Origin: a virus
IMG/VR virus record: IMGVR_UViG_3300013132_000041
Span: 1 to 64,000 of that record
Strand: one strand, 5' to 3'
DNA length: 64,000 nt
The position numbers and the translations under genes were made by a program. How positions within the stretch are numbered: position 1 is the stretch's first letter; each line of letters starts with the position of its first letter. The notes under the pieces were generated by a model. That model saw only the letters and a list, made by a program, of their open reading frames with translations, was not told the DNA's origin and did not search any database. Below, piece after piece: positions 1-9,096 of the stretch.

Positions 1-1
1 A

Positions 2-652
2 CAGGTCTCACCAGGTCCACAACGCACACAAGGTGCTCAAGGCGCAGTTGGTGCACAGGGCGCAGGTGGTGCACAGGGTAATCAAGGTGTCCAAGGCGCA
101 GTTGGTGCACAGGGCGCAACAGGACCACAGGGTAATCAAGGTGTCCAGGGTGCAACAGGTCCACAGGGTAATCAAGGTGTACAAGGTGCAACAGGTGCTC
201 AAGGGGCACAGGGCGTCCAAGGCGCAACAGGTGTAGGTGTCCAAGGCGCTCAGGGTGTACAAGGTGCTTCTGGTTCGGGTGGTGGCGGAGCCTATTCAAC
301 TAAAACTAGTAATTACACGGCAGTAGCTTTCGATAATATCATCACTAATTCTTCTGGTGGTAGTTTCACTATAACATTACCAGCAACACCAAGTTCTGGT
401 GATTCTATTACCATAGCAGATCAAGGTTATTGGGGAGACTATCCTGTAACTGTTGATAGAAATGGCAATACAATAGAGGGTCAAAGTGACAATTTATCTT
501 TAGATTTTAGCGGTGTCAGTGTAACGTTAATCTACAGTGGTAGTACATGGCAGGTTGTTACTTCTTTGGGTAAACAAGGTGCCCAAGGTGCTACAGGTTC
601 TACATTTACAACAGGAAAGGCAATAGCAATGTCTATTGTGTTCGGGGGATAA
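2..652 (+). CDS. 5'-truncated tail fibre protein: collagen G-X-Y repeats, a beta-sandwich fibre domain and a hydrophobic C-terminal anchor ([12 protein letters not shown])
   Basis: Not in the ORF track because it has no start. The frame from nt 2 is open to TAA at 650-652 and reads GAQGAVGAQ...[39 protein letters not shown]...RNGNTIEG...YSGSTW, a common phage fibre domain. Confidence 0.8.
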   Translation, partial: QVSPGPQRTQGAQGAVGAQGAGGAQGNQGVQGAVGAQGATGPQGNQGVQGATGPQGNQGVQGATGAQGAQGVQGATGVGVQGAQGVQGASGSGGGGAYSTKTSNYTAVAFDNIITNSSGGSFTITLPATPSSGDSITIADQGYWGDYPVTVDRNGNTIEGQSDNLSLDFSGVSVTLIYSGSTWQVVTSLGKQGAQGATGSTFTTGKAIAMSIVFGG

Positions 653-653
653 T

Positions 654-1010
654 ATGGCAAGTCCTAATATAGTTGGGGTGGTTAATATCACAGGAAATAC
701 AATAGTATCTAATGTAACTACTATATTTTCTAACGTAATTACTAATACTTCTACAAGTAATTCTATTATAAAAATTAATAACTTGATTGTATCCAATTAC
801 TCCAATGCCTCCATTACTTCCACAGTTCAATTAAATAGAAGTGCTGCTAATTATTATTTTGCCGGAGCTATAACAATACCAGCAAATTCTACACTTGTAG
901 TTATAGGTAAAGATACAGGTGTTTATCTTTTAGAAGGCGATGTTATTCAAGCTAATGTATCTGCTAATGTATCAGCTTCTTTAATTGCGTCATTTGAAAC
1001 CATAAGTTAA
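654..1010 (+). CDS. ~118-aa Asn-rich virion adaptor protein (module 1)
   Basis: ATG at 654 (MASPNIVGVVNITG). Paralog of 6574-6933. Its stop overlaps the start of the next gene. Confidence 0.7.
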   Translation: MASPNIVGVVNITGNTIVSNVTTIFSNVITNTSTSNSIIKINNLIVSNYSNASITSTVQLNRSAANYYFAGAITIPANSTLVVIGKDTGVYLLEGDVIQANVSANVSASLIASFETIS

Positions 1011-2746
1011 TGAGACATAGATCTAATAAAGGAATTATAGGGCCCCAACAGCTGGTAACTTCCAGTAGTGCTGGAGGGATACATTCTATTTTAGATCATT
1101 TTTTAAACAAAGGTGCCGGAACTTGGCCTATTTACGGTGGCTACACCATCGTCCAAACCTTTACCGCTACGTCTACTTGGACTTGCCCTGCTGGTGTTAC
1201 AGAGGTTGATTATTTGGTTGTGGCTGGTGGGGGTGGGGGTGGCTCTCGCCATGGAGGTGGCGGGGGAGCGGGGGGGATGAGATACGGTACTGGATTGGCG
1301 GTTAGCGCTGGGACTGACTACACAATCACCGTAGGTGGCGGCGGCGCAGGAAATACAAACACAGGTAGCGCCGGTGGTGGGGTAACAGGCGGCGATTCAA
1401 TCTTCCTCTCTGTTACATCAAAAGGTGGCGGTGGTGGGGGTGGTGTTTCAGGATCTAGCCCCGGTCTCCCTGGTGGTTCTGGTGGTGGCGCTGGGTACAG
1501 TGGCCCTGGTGGATCTGCAATTGCAATAACTCCTGTTCCAGGGGAAATTTCAACTACACAAGGTAATAATGGGGCAACTCTTGGCGCTGACACATTAGAT
1601 GCGTCTGGTGGCGGCGGCGCTGGTAGTGCAGGATCGGCTAGACCGTCCTCTGGAATTGGTGGCAGTGGTGGAAACGGTTTAATAGGCCCATCATTCGCTT
1701 CATCTTATGGTGGAGCCGGTCCTGGTGGGTCACCTTCTACTGGGTATTACGCTGGCGGTGGAGGGGGCGGCGTATTTAACGTACCCAACAATGGCGGTCC
1801 TGGTGGCATAGGTGGCGGTGGAAAAGGTGCTGCTAATGTTACTGCTGGGTCAGCAGGTACAAACACATCCGGTGGCGGCGGGGGCGGTGGCAGTGGTGCT
1901 GCTGGTGGTTATAACGGCGGCTCCGGCATTGTTATCCTCAAGTACACCGTAGCAAGTCAAACCGTATTTACGTTCAAAGGCACTACCACTTGGAAATGCC
2001 CCGCAGGTGTAACCAGCGTGGATTATCTTGTGGTTGGTGGGGGCGGCGGCAGTGGAAGCCCCGTCGATGGAACAAACCAAAATCCAACAGGAGGCGGTGG
2101 TGCAGGTGGCTTCCGCACCGGAACCGCATTGAGCGTTACTGGTGGAACAGAGTACGCTATCACTGTTGGAGCGGGGGGTACTGCTGGAACAACAGGAAAT
2201 TCCGGTAATGCGGGTTCTAATTCGGTGTTTAGCATCATTACATCTACGGGCGGTGGCGGGGGTGAAGGTGGCGTTTCAGGCGCTGGTAATGGCGGTTCTG
2301 GTGGCGGTGGTAGCGGATCAGTAAACTCTGGAGGCACTAGACCGGGAGGGAGCGGTAACACTCCATCAGTAAGCCCCTCGCAGGGGAGTAATGGCGGCAC
2401 CGGTATCGGCGCTGGAAACCCAGGAACTGCAACAGATAGAGGGGGTGGTGGTGGCGGTGGCGCTTCTGCTGTTGGTGCTAATGGAGCTTTAGGCATCGGA
2501 GGAAATGGCGGAGCTGGTACTTCGTCTAGCATTTCTGGTTCTCCCGTTACTTATGCTGGCGGAGGTGGCGGGGCAGGTGGAACTGCAGGTACCGGTGGCG
2601 CTGGAGGTGGTGCAACAGCAGGTGCGTCTTCAACTCCTTCAGCAGGAACTGTTAACACAGGCGGTGGTGGTGGTGGCTGTCGTGCCACGCCGGGAACAGG
2701 CTCTGCAGGCGGTTCCGGTATCGTCATCATAAAAATAAATCAATAA
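1010..2746 (+). CDS. Glycine-rich tail-tip/adhesin protein with two tandem polyglycine domains (module 1)
   Basis: Two copies of TF..TWxCPxGVT.V.YLVVxGGGGG...GGSGIVIxK; 578 aa; located among fibre genes. Confidence 0.75.
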   Translation: MRHRSNKGIIGPQQLVTSSSAGGIHSILDHFLNKGAGTWPIYGGYTIVQTFTATSTWTCPAGVTEVDYLVVAGGGGGGSRHGGGGGAGGMRYGTGLAVSAGTDYTITVGGGGAGNTNTGSAGGGVTGGDSIFLSVTSKGGGGGGGVSGSSPGLPGGSGGGAGYSGPGGSAIAITPVPGEISTTQGNNGATLGADTLDASGGGGAGSAGSARPSSGIGGSGGNGLIGPSFASSYGGAGPGGSPSTGYYAGGGGGGVFNVPNNGGPGGIGGGGKGAANVTAGSAGTNTSGGGGGGGSGAAGGYNGGSGIVILKYTVASQTVFTFKGTTTWKCPAGVTSVDYLVVGGGGGSGSPVDGTNQNPTGGGGAGGFRTGTALSVTGGTEYAITVGAGGTAGTTGNSGNAGSNSVFSIITSTGGGGGEGGVSGAGNGGSGGGGSGSVNSGGTRPGGSGNTPSVSPSQGSNGGTGIGAGNPGTATDRGGGGGGGASAVGANGALGIGGNGGAGTSSSISGSPVTYAGGGGGAGGTAGTGGAGGGATAGASSTPSAGTVNTGGGGGGCRATPGTGSAGGSGIVIIKINQ

Positions 2747-2754
2747 GAGGGTCT

Positions 2755-2805
2755 ATGACAACTAAGGTTTTCATTAGTTATGTAATTACACATTCAAGAA
2801 ATTAA
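2755..2805 (+). pseudogene. Remnant (MTTKVF...) of the small chaperone-like gene seen at 8798
   Basis: 2714-2773 is identical to 8757-8816, including RBS and ATG. The sequences then diverge and this copy stops after 16 codons. Confidence 0.7.
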
Positions 2806-2807
2806 AT

Positions 2808-2815
2808 AATAAATA
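2808..2815 (+). promoter_or_regulatory. T4-type late promoter variant AATAAATA
   Basis: One mismatch to TATAAATA, intergenic, just upstream of ORF 2820. Confidence 0.45.
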
Positions 2816-2819
2816 ACAG

Positions 2820-3029
2820 ATGCCTATATCGTTAAAATCAATAGCACAAGCAAATCTTGAGAACGTAACCATCTCTGATACTGCACCTACTCCATTCCCT
2901 CAAGGTATTTTTTGGTTAGATAGCTCCTATTTAGATTTATACGTAGCATATAGTAATGTTTGGGTTATGGTTGGTACCAGCGGACAAGCACCCGAACAAC
3001 TTAATCCATTTTTGTTGTCTGGTATGTAA
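2820..3029 (+). CDS. 69-aa mini-fibre/anchor protein ending LNPFLLSGM (module 2)
   Basis: Fibre-type ISDTAP...G.FWLDS..L.LYVAY...W motif plus a hydrophobic C-terminus. Confidence 0.6.
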   Translation: MPISLKSIAQANLENVTISDTAPTPFPQGIFWLDSSYLDLYVAYSNVWVMVGTSGQAPEQLNPFLLSGM

Positions 3030-3038
3030 GGAACAATT

Positions 3039-3377
3039 ATGACAACGGTCTATAAAGTTTTAGCTCAGTCTATTCCAACACAGAATACGTTAACTACTGT
3101 GTACAGCGTACCAAATGGAAATACCGCAGTTATTTCTACATTATCTGTTTGCAATCAATCTAATGTTAATAATGCTTCGTACAGAATAGCTATTCAAAAG
3201 AATAATGCAGCAATTTCGTCTAACGCATATATTGTTTTCGATGCATCAGTAGCAACTTTAGATACAGCATTTTTGACATTGGGTATTACAATGGGTAGTA
3301 ATGATGTCCTGAGTGCAAATATTACATCAGGAAATTCTAACGTATCTATTAATGTATTTGGGTCGGAGATTTTTTAA
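3039..3377 (+). CDS. 112-aa virion adaptor protein (module 2)
   Basis: MTTVYKVLAQS.P...FGSEIF; AAGGAA RBS; coupled to the glycine-rich gene. Confidence 0.7.
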   Translation: MTTVYKVLAQSIPTQNTLTTVYSVPNGNTAVISTLSVCNQSNVNNASYRIAIQKNNAAISSNAYIVFDASVATLDTAFLTLGITMGSNDVLSANITSGNSNVSINVFGSEIF

Positions 3378-5026
3378 TGGCTCTGGCATTTGCCTCTTCT
3401 ATTAATAAAAGAAGAACTATTTCACAGGTATTCAAAAGATTTATTTCTGGTTATTCTATAGTCCAAACCTTTACTGCTACGTCTACTTGGACATGCCCTA
3501 CTGGTGTTACTAGTGTTGAGTATTTGGTTGTGGCTGGTGGTGGTAGCGGAGGAAGAAACAATAACGGTGCTGGTGGGGGGGCTGGCGGGTATAGAACTGG
3601 AACTGGATTAAGTGTGGCCGCAGGAAATGATTACACCATTACCGTTGGTGGCGGTGGTGCAGCTTTAACTGGTGCTGGGGCCGGTAATAATGGAAGTGAT
3701 TCTTATATCCAATCAACAGCCTCTCCTCATATAACTGCAAATCCTTCTGCTCCAGGAAATCCATACGCAAATGCTTTTGTAGCATTTGGCGGCGGTGGTG
3801 GGGGTGGTACAGGTAGCTTAGGTGGCAAGAATGGTGGTTGTGGTGGTGGTGGGGCTGGTAGCGGATCACCTGCTCCTGGTGGAACAGGAAATACGCCATC
3901 AACTTCACCAAGTCAAGGTAATAATGGTGGTGCTGGACTAGATGGCACTGGTGCTGGTGGTGGTGGTGGGGCTGGTGGGAATGGTACTGCTGGTGGTAAT
4001 CCAGGTGGTGGTGGCGGTGTCGGTATACAAGGCCCATCTTTTGCGTCATCGTATGGTGGCTCTGGGCCTGGAGGATCTCCTTCAACAGGTTATTTTTCTG
4101 GTGGCGGCGCAGGTAATGGCCCTGCTGGTAACACAGCAGGTTATGGTGGCGGTGGAGCCACAAGCACTAATGGAACCACTAATAGCGGTGGAGGCGGGGG
4201 CGGGTGGAATGGGTCTGGTAATTCAGGAGCAGGCGGCTCCGGCATTGTTATTCTCAAGTACACCGTAGCAACTCAAACCGTATTTACGTTCAAAGGCACT
4301 ACCACTTGGACTTGCCCCGCAGGTGTAACCAGCGTTGACTATCTTGTAGTGGCTGGTGGCGGTGGTGGTGGAACTGGAGGCGGTCGTGGAGGTGGTGGCG
4401 GTGCTGGTGGTTATAGAACTGGCACAGCATTATCTGTAACAGCCGGCACTGATTACACCGTAACTGTTGGTGGTGGTGGTAATGGTGGAAATGTCGGCAG
4501 TAATTCGGTATTTAGCACCATTACATCCGCTGGTGGAGGTAACGGCGGAGGCGGCCCTTCATCACAAACCGGTGCAAACGGAGGTTCTGGAGGCGGTGGA
4601 GGTGCATTGGGTTCGCAACCAGCTAGCACTGGCGGGTCTGGAAACACTCCTTCCACGAGTCCTTCGCAAGGATCAAACGGTGGCGGCGGTACTGGATCGC
4701 CATCTTTTTATACTGGTGGCGGAGGCGGTGCTGGTGGTGTTGGTGGAACTGGCGCAGCTCCATCATCTGGAAACGGCGGTAACGGCACTGCTTCAAGTAT
4801 TAGCGGTTCGTCTGTAACTTATGCCGGTGGTGGCGGTGGTTCTATGGATCCATCAGGTGCAGGCACAGGTGGTACAGGTGGTGGCGGTAATGGTGGTAAT
4901 GGATCAAGTAATACAGGATTAACGGCAGGCACAACTAACACAGGCGGTGGGGGTGGAGGTTCAATTGCTCCTGGAACGGGAGCAAATGGCGGCTCCGGTA
5001 TCGTAATCATAAAAATAAATCAATAA
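3377..5026 (+). CDS. Glycine-rich tail-tip/adhesin protein (module 2)
   Basis: Same two-domain architecture and the same GGSGIVIIKINQ C-terminus as 1010-2746. Confidence 0.75.
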   Translation: MALAFASSINKRRTISQVFKRFISGYSIVQTFTATSTWTCPTGVTSVEYLVVAGGGSGGRNNNGAGGGAGGYRTGTGLSVAAGNDYTITVGGGGAALTGAGAGNNGSDSYIQSTASPHITANPSAPGNPYANAFVAFGGGGGGGTGSLGGKNGGCGGGGAGSGSPAPGGTGNTPSTSPSQGNNGGAGLDGTGAGGGGGAGGNGTAGGNPGGGGGVGIQGPSFASSYGGSGPGGSPSTGYFSGGGAGNGPAGNTAGYGGGGATSTNGTTNSGGGGGGWNGSGNSGAGGSGIVILKYTVATQTVFTFKGTTTWTCPAGVTSVDYLVVAGGGGGGTGGGRGGGGGAGGYRTGTALSVTAGTDYTVTVGGGGNGGNVGSNSVFSTITSAGGGNGGGGPSSQTGANGGSGGGGGALGSQPASTGGSGNTPSTSPSQGSNGGGGTGSPSFYTGGGGGAGGVGGTGAAPSSGNGGNGTASSISGSSVTYAGGGGGSMDPSGAGTGGTGGGGNGGNGSSNTGLTAGTTNTGGGGGGSIAPGTGANGGSGIVIIKINQ

Positions 5027-5044
5027 ATTTACTATGGAGATACA

Positions 5045-5332
5045 ATGAAAAAGAAAACAAAACAATCTAAAGAACAATCTGAATTAAAAATTTATCGGCT
5101 AATGGGAATAGATACAGCAATGCATCTATTAAGACCAGGAGCCAAATGGGAAATATCAAACAACGTCTTTACTCGGTGGGAAGATTCGAGACCTTGTCCA
5201 ACGATAGAAGAAGTTTATGCAACAATAGAAAAGATAAAACAGTTTGAAGAAAGTATTGATACAATTTATCTACCAGAACAGCTCAAACAAATGGGCATTG
5301 AGCAAAAACAATTAGAAGAGGCATTAAAGTGA
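5045..5332 (+). CDS. Small tail-fibre assembly chaperone-like protein
   Basis: GIDTAMHLLRPGAKWEISNN...PCP; paralog of 8798-9010; follows the adhesin gene. Confidence 0.55.
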   Translation: MKKKTKQSKEQSELKIYRLMGIDTAMHLLRPGAKWEISNNVFTRWEDSRPCPTIEEVYATIEKIKQFEESIDTIYLPEQLKQMGIEQKQLEEALK

Positions 5333-5988
5333 GTGATGAAATTATTACACCTATTAGCAGTAATGTTTTTAAGTTTCCGGGTAAAGCAGTAATTCATAAT
5401 TTATTTCCAACTCCAGTGGGTTGCTATACTGTAGAACACAAGTTGACCAAAAAAGAATTAAATTTTCTTTTGAATCAACCTCAAAGAAACAATATGGGTA
5501 ACACCACAAGTGTTGATAATAAAATTCTAAATAATAAAGAGCTAAGCACGTTTAAAAAAGCATTAGAACTAAAACTTAGTATGTATTTTAATGAGGTATA
5601 CAATCCAAAATATGAAGTTAATTTGAGAATTACTCAATCCTGGGTTAACTATACAAAACAAGGACAGTATCATCACAAGCACAGACATCCAAATTCATTT
5701 GTATCTGGTGTATACTACATAGAAACATCTGACACAGATAAAATTTATTTTTATAATAAAGAACCAGCAAACAATATTAAAATGCCCCCTGTAATGTGGA
5801 ACACTTGGAACAGTGAATCATGGTGGTTCGAGGCAACAAAGGGTGATTTGTTTTTATTTCCATCTACCTTAGAGCACATGGTGGAAACAGTTAATGCAGA
5901 AAACACAAGAATTTCTTTATCCTTTAATACTTTTCCAGTAGGAATAGTAGGTGAAGAAAAAGATTTAACTTTATTAGAACTTACTTAA
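5329..5988 (+). CDS. 2OG-Fe(II) oxygenase-like protein (TIGR02466-type)
   Basis: LFPTP...SWVN...HxHPNSFVSGVYY...LFPSTLEH...RISLSFN motifs. Confidence 0.85.
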   Translation: MSDEIITPISSNVFKFPGKAVIHNLFPTPVGCYTVEHKLTKKELNFLLNQPQRNNMGNTTSVDNKILNNKELSTFKKALELKLSMYFNEVYNPKYEVNLRITQSWVNYTKQGQYHHKHRHPNSFVSGVYYIETSDTDKIYFYNKEPANNIKMPPVMWNTWNSESWWFEATKGDLFLFPSTLEHMVETVNAENTRISLSFNTFPVGIVGEEKDLTLLELT

Positions 5989-6013
5989 TAAATACTTTTA
6001 TTTGAGGCAAAAT

Positions 6014-6394
6014 ATGGCACATTTCGCTAAAATAGACGAGAATAGCGTAGTTACTTCTGTTGTCGTAGTAGAAAATAAAGATACATCAGATGCAGCAGGT
6101 GTTGAAAAGGAACACATTGGTGCAGCTCATCTTGAGAAAATTCTCGGTGGTACTTGGAAACAAACAAGTTACAATGCCAATTTTAGAAAAAATTATGCTG
6201 GTATTGGGTACACATTCGATGCTCAACGTAATGCTTTTATTCCACCCAAACCATTTAATAGTTGGGTATTAGTAGAAGAAACATGCCAGTGGAAAGCACC
6301 TGTAGATATGCCTGGTGATGCTGGAACAGGCGATCCTCCAAAGATGTATTCTTGGGACGAGAATGTTGTTAATTGGGTATTGGTAACTAACTAA
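6014..6394 (+). CDS. Conserved phage tail-associated protein ([10 protein letters not shown] family)
   Basis: [22 protein letters not shown]...[10 protein letters not shown] motif, typical next to glycine-rich tail genes. AATAAATA at 5987-5994 upstream. Confidence 0.65.
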   Translation: MAHFAKIDENSVVTSVVVVENKDTSDAAGVEKEHIGAAHLEKILGGTWKQTSYNANFRKNYAGIGYTFDAQRNAFIPPKPFNSWVLVEETCQWKAPVDMPGDAGTGDPPKMYSWDENVVNWVLVTN

Positions 6395-6395
6395 A

Positions 6396-6569
6396 ATGGC
6401 CATTTCCTTTCCATCAAGTCCAATTACAGGACAGACATTTACTGCAGGTGGAAAACTTTGGATTTATAATGGTGTTGGTTGGCTTGGGGCAAACACGCTA
6501 TCAACAGTTACAGTAGACACCACTACAATTAAGAAATTAGATTACGGTTTAAATATTTTATTGGATTAA
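6396..6569 (+). CDS. 57-aa mini-fibre/anchor protein (module 3)
   Basis: Below the ORF-track cutoff: [29 protein letters not shown]...DYGLNILLD*. The FP.SP..GQ.FT....W.YNG..W motif is a fibre motif. Confidence 0.7.
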   Translation: MAISFPSSPITGQTFTAGGKLWIYNGVGWLGANTLSTVTVDTTTIKKLDYGLNILLD

Positions 6570-6573
6570 AAAA

Positions 6574-6933
6574 ATGGCCAATCCTAATTTAGCAAACGTA
6601 TCTGCCGGATATGGTAAAATGGCATTTCAAAATGTCGCCAATACTTTTGCAAACATTGTAGTTAATACATCTACAAGTAATACTATAGTGAAAGTAAATA
6701 GTTTATTCTTATCAAATTATGATGGAACCAATGTAGCTAATGTTACAGTAAATATTTCTAATGCTGGTATTAGTTATAGTGTTTTGACCAATGTTTCTAT
6801 TCCTTTACAGAGTTCTTTAATTGCTATAGACAAAGAAAGTTCTATCTATATGGAGGAAGGGCAATTTATGCAATTAAAAGCACATGCCAATAATCATGTC
6901 CAAGCTGTTTTAAGTTACGATATTATAAGTTAA
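6574..6933 (+). CDS. 119-aa virion adaptor protein (module 3)
   Basis: Paralog of 654-1010 (MANPNL...NTSTSN.I.K.N.L..SNY...K....Y.EEG). Confidence 0.7.
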   Translation: MANPNLANVSAGYGKMAFQNVANTFANIVVNTSTSNTIVKVNSLFLSNYDGTNVANVTVNISNAGISYSVLTNVSIPLQSSLIAIDKESSIYMEEGQFMQLKAHANNHVQAVLSYDIIS

Positions 6934-8789
6934 TGAGATCTAACGGTGGAATAGTAGGGGCAGTAAACAATCCTGCCTTATCCTTTTCCAGTGGTTTATG
7001 GACACTGGGTGACAAGTTTATAGCTACAAAACTTGGTACTTGGCCTCTTTACGGTGGCTTCAGCATCGTCCAAACCTTTACAGCAACAAGCACTTGGACA
7101 TGCCCTACTGGTGTTACAGAGGTTGAGTATTTGGTTGTGGCTGGTGGAGGTGGTGGTGGTTGCAGACGTGGAGCCGGAGGCGGTGCAGGAGGATTCAGAA
7201 CGGGTACTGGTTTAACTGTTACACCAAACCAAGATTACACTATTACAGTCGGTGCAGCGGGAACAGCAGGTTTAAATTCTGGTAGTACAGTAGCAGGAAA
7301 TGGTGGTAATAGTTATATTTCTGGGCCTGGGATTACTAACAATCCTTCATCTGGAAACCCGTACACCAATGCACTAGTGGCTTATGGTGGAGGTGGTGGA
7401 GGTGGTGACGGCCCCAGTATTAGTAACGGCGCAAGCGGAGGATCAGGAGGCGGTGCTGCTGGCTATAGCGGAGCAACGGCTGGTTCTGGAAATACACCAA
7501 ATACAACGGATGCACCGTATGGTGGGCCATCTTCTCAAGGCAATAACGGTGGCTCATCTTCATCGTCTGGCCCGAATATTGGGTCTGGAGGCGGCGGCGG
7601 CGCTGGTGGAAGCGGAGGTTCTGGAACTTCAACTTCTGGCGGTGCTGGTGGCAATGGAATTCAAGGCCCGTCTTTTGCATCTAGTTATGGAAGTTCTGGC
7701 CCAGGAGGATCACCTGCTAAAGGATATTTTTCCGGCGGTGGTGGCGGTGGAACGTATAACGGGCCTAATCTAGGTGGCGCTGGTGGTTATGGCGGCGGCG
7801 GCAATTCTGGTAGTTATTCTGGATTGGGTAACGGAGTAGCTGGCGTAACAAATTCTGGTGGTGGTGGGGGTGCTGGGTCAAACGGCGACCCTGGATTAAA
7901 TTACGATGGAGCAGCAGGCGGCTCCGGTATTGTTATCCTGAAGTATTTCGTACCATCACAAACTGTATTTACGTTCAAAGGCACTACCACTTGGACTTGC
8001 CCCGCAGGTGTAACCAGCGTTGACTATCTTGTGGTTGCTGGTGGGGGTGGGGGTGGGGGTGTTGGTGTGTCAGCCGGTATTGCTGGTGGTGGTGGCGCTG
8101 GCGGGTTTAGAACAGGAACGTCTTTAACTGTCACGGCAGGAGATTCTTACACAATTACCGTTGGCGCTGCTGGGTCTGCTGGAACAGCCGGTAGTGGATC
8201 TCCTGGCGCTGCTGGTGGTATAGGCGGGACAGGTGGTGCTTCATCAATTGCAGGTCCATCACCGTTTTCAACAATTAGTTCTGCTGGTGGTGGTGGAGGT
8301 TCTCCAGGTAGAGATAGTAATGTTGTGGGAGCTAACGGAGGATCTGGTGGCGGTGGCGGTGGTGGCGGTGCAGGAACTGGGAACACTGGAGGTACTGGTA
8401 ACACGCCGTCAACAAGTCCTTCTCAAGGCAACAATGGCGGTACTGGCGCAACAAGCGCACCAAACTACGGTGGCGGTGGCGGTGGCGGCGCTTCGGCGAT
8501 AGGAGCAAACGGAACGAGCAGCGTTGGCGGTAACGGAGGCAATGGAACCGCATCTTCAATTTCCGGCAGCAGCGTTACTTACGCTGGCGGTGGCGGTGGC
8601 GGCACTCTAGCAACATCAATCAGTAGTGGCGGCACAGGTGGCGGCGGCGCAGGAGGCAGAAGAACAGTAGCGCCAACCGCTGGGACAGCCAACTTAGGTG
8701 GCGGTGGCGGCGGTAGTGGTCAAGATGATACTGCTGGCGCAGGAGCAGCTGGCGGCTCCGGTATCGTCATCATAAAAATAAATCAATAA
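6933..8789 (+). CDS. Glycine-rich tail-tip/adhesin protein (module 3)
   Basis: Same architecture as modules 1 and 2; 618 aa. Confidence 0.75.
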   Translation: MRSNGGIVGAVNNPALSFSSGLWTLGDKFIATKLGTWPLYGGFSIVQTFTATSTWTCPTGVTEVEYLVVAGGGGGGCRRGAGGGAGGFRTGTGLTVTPNQDYTITVGAAGTAGLNSGSTVAGNGGNSYISGPGITNNPSSGNPYTNALVAYGGGGGGGDGPSISNGASGGSGGGAAGYSGATAGSGNTPNTTDAPYGGPSSQGNNGGSSSSSGPNIGSGGGGGAGGSGGSGTSTSGGAGGNGIQGPSFASSYGSSGPGGSPAKGYFSGGGGGGTYNGPNLGGAGGYGGGGNSGSYSGLGNGVAGVTNSGGGGGAGSNGDPGLNYDGAAGGSGIVILKYFVPSQTVFTFKGTTTWTCPAGVTSVDYLVVAGGGGGGGVGVSAGIAGGGGAGGFRTGTSLTVTAGDSYTITVGAAGSAGTAGSGSPGAAGGIGGTGGASSIAGPSPFSTISSAGGGGGSPGRDSNVVGANGGSGGGGGGGGAGTGNTGGTGNTPSTSPSQGNNGGTGATSAPNYGGGGGGGASAIGANGTSSVGGNGGNGTASSISGSSVTYAGGGGGGTLATSISSGGTGGGGAGGRRTVAPTAGTANLGGGGGGSGQDDTAGAGAAGGSGIVIIKINQ

Positions 8790-8797
8790 GAGGGTCT

Positions 8798-9010
8798 ATG
8801 ACAACTAAGGTTTTCAGGTTTTTAGGTATTGATACAGCCATGCACTTACTTCGCCCAGGAGCCAAGTGGGAAATATCAAACAACGTCTTTACACGGTGGG
8901 ATGATCCACGCCCATGCCCAAGCATAGAAGAAGTGTATTGGGTTATGGACAAGATCAAAGAGTTTGAAGAAATGATTCCTACCATTTGGTTGCCTGAGCA
9001 ACTAAAGTAA
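8798..9010 (+). CDS. Small chaperone-like protein, C-terminally shorter than its paralog
   Basis: Paralog of 5045-5332. It stops at PEQLK* whereas the paralog continues for 14 more residues. Confidence 0.55.
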   Translation: MTTKVFRFLGIDTAMHLLRPGAKWEISNNVFTRWDDPRPCPSIEEVYWVMDKIKEFEEMIPTIWLPEQLK

Positions 9011-9049
9011 ACCAGGTGTTAGTATTTGACTTCTTTATAATCAAAAAAA

Positions 9050-9057
9050 TATAAATA
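9050..9057 (+). promoter_or_regulatory. T4 late promoter TATAAATA
   Basis: Exact consensus, intergenic, upstream of the giant fibre gene. A gp33 gene is present in the window. Confidence 0.7.
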
Positions 9058-9096
9058 TAAGGACACTATATAGTGTCCTTTTTTCTTGGATGCCAA

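Noticed and set aside
1318-8559. Pro-rich, His-rich and Val-rich ORFs overlapping the glycine-rich genes
   Set aside because: They are shadow frames of GGN-rich codons and have no independent RBS or domain signal.
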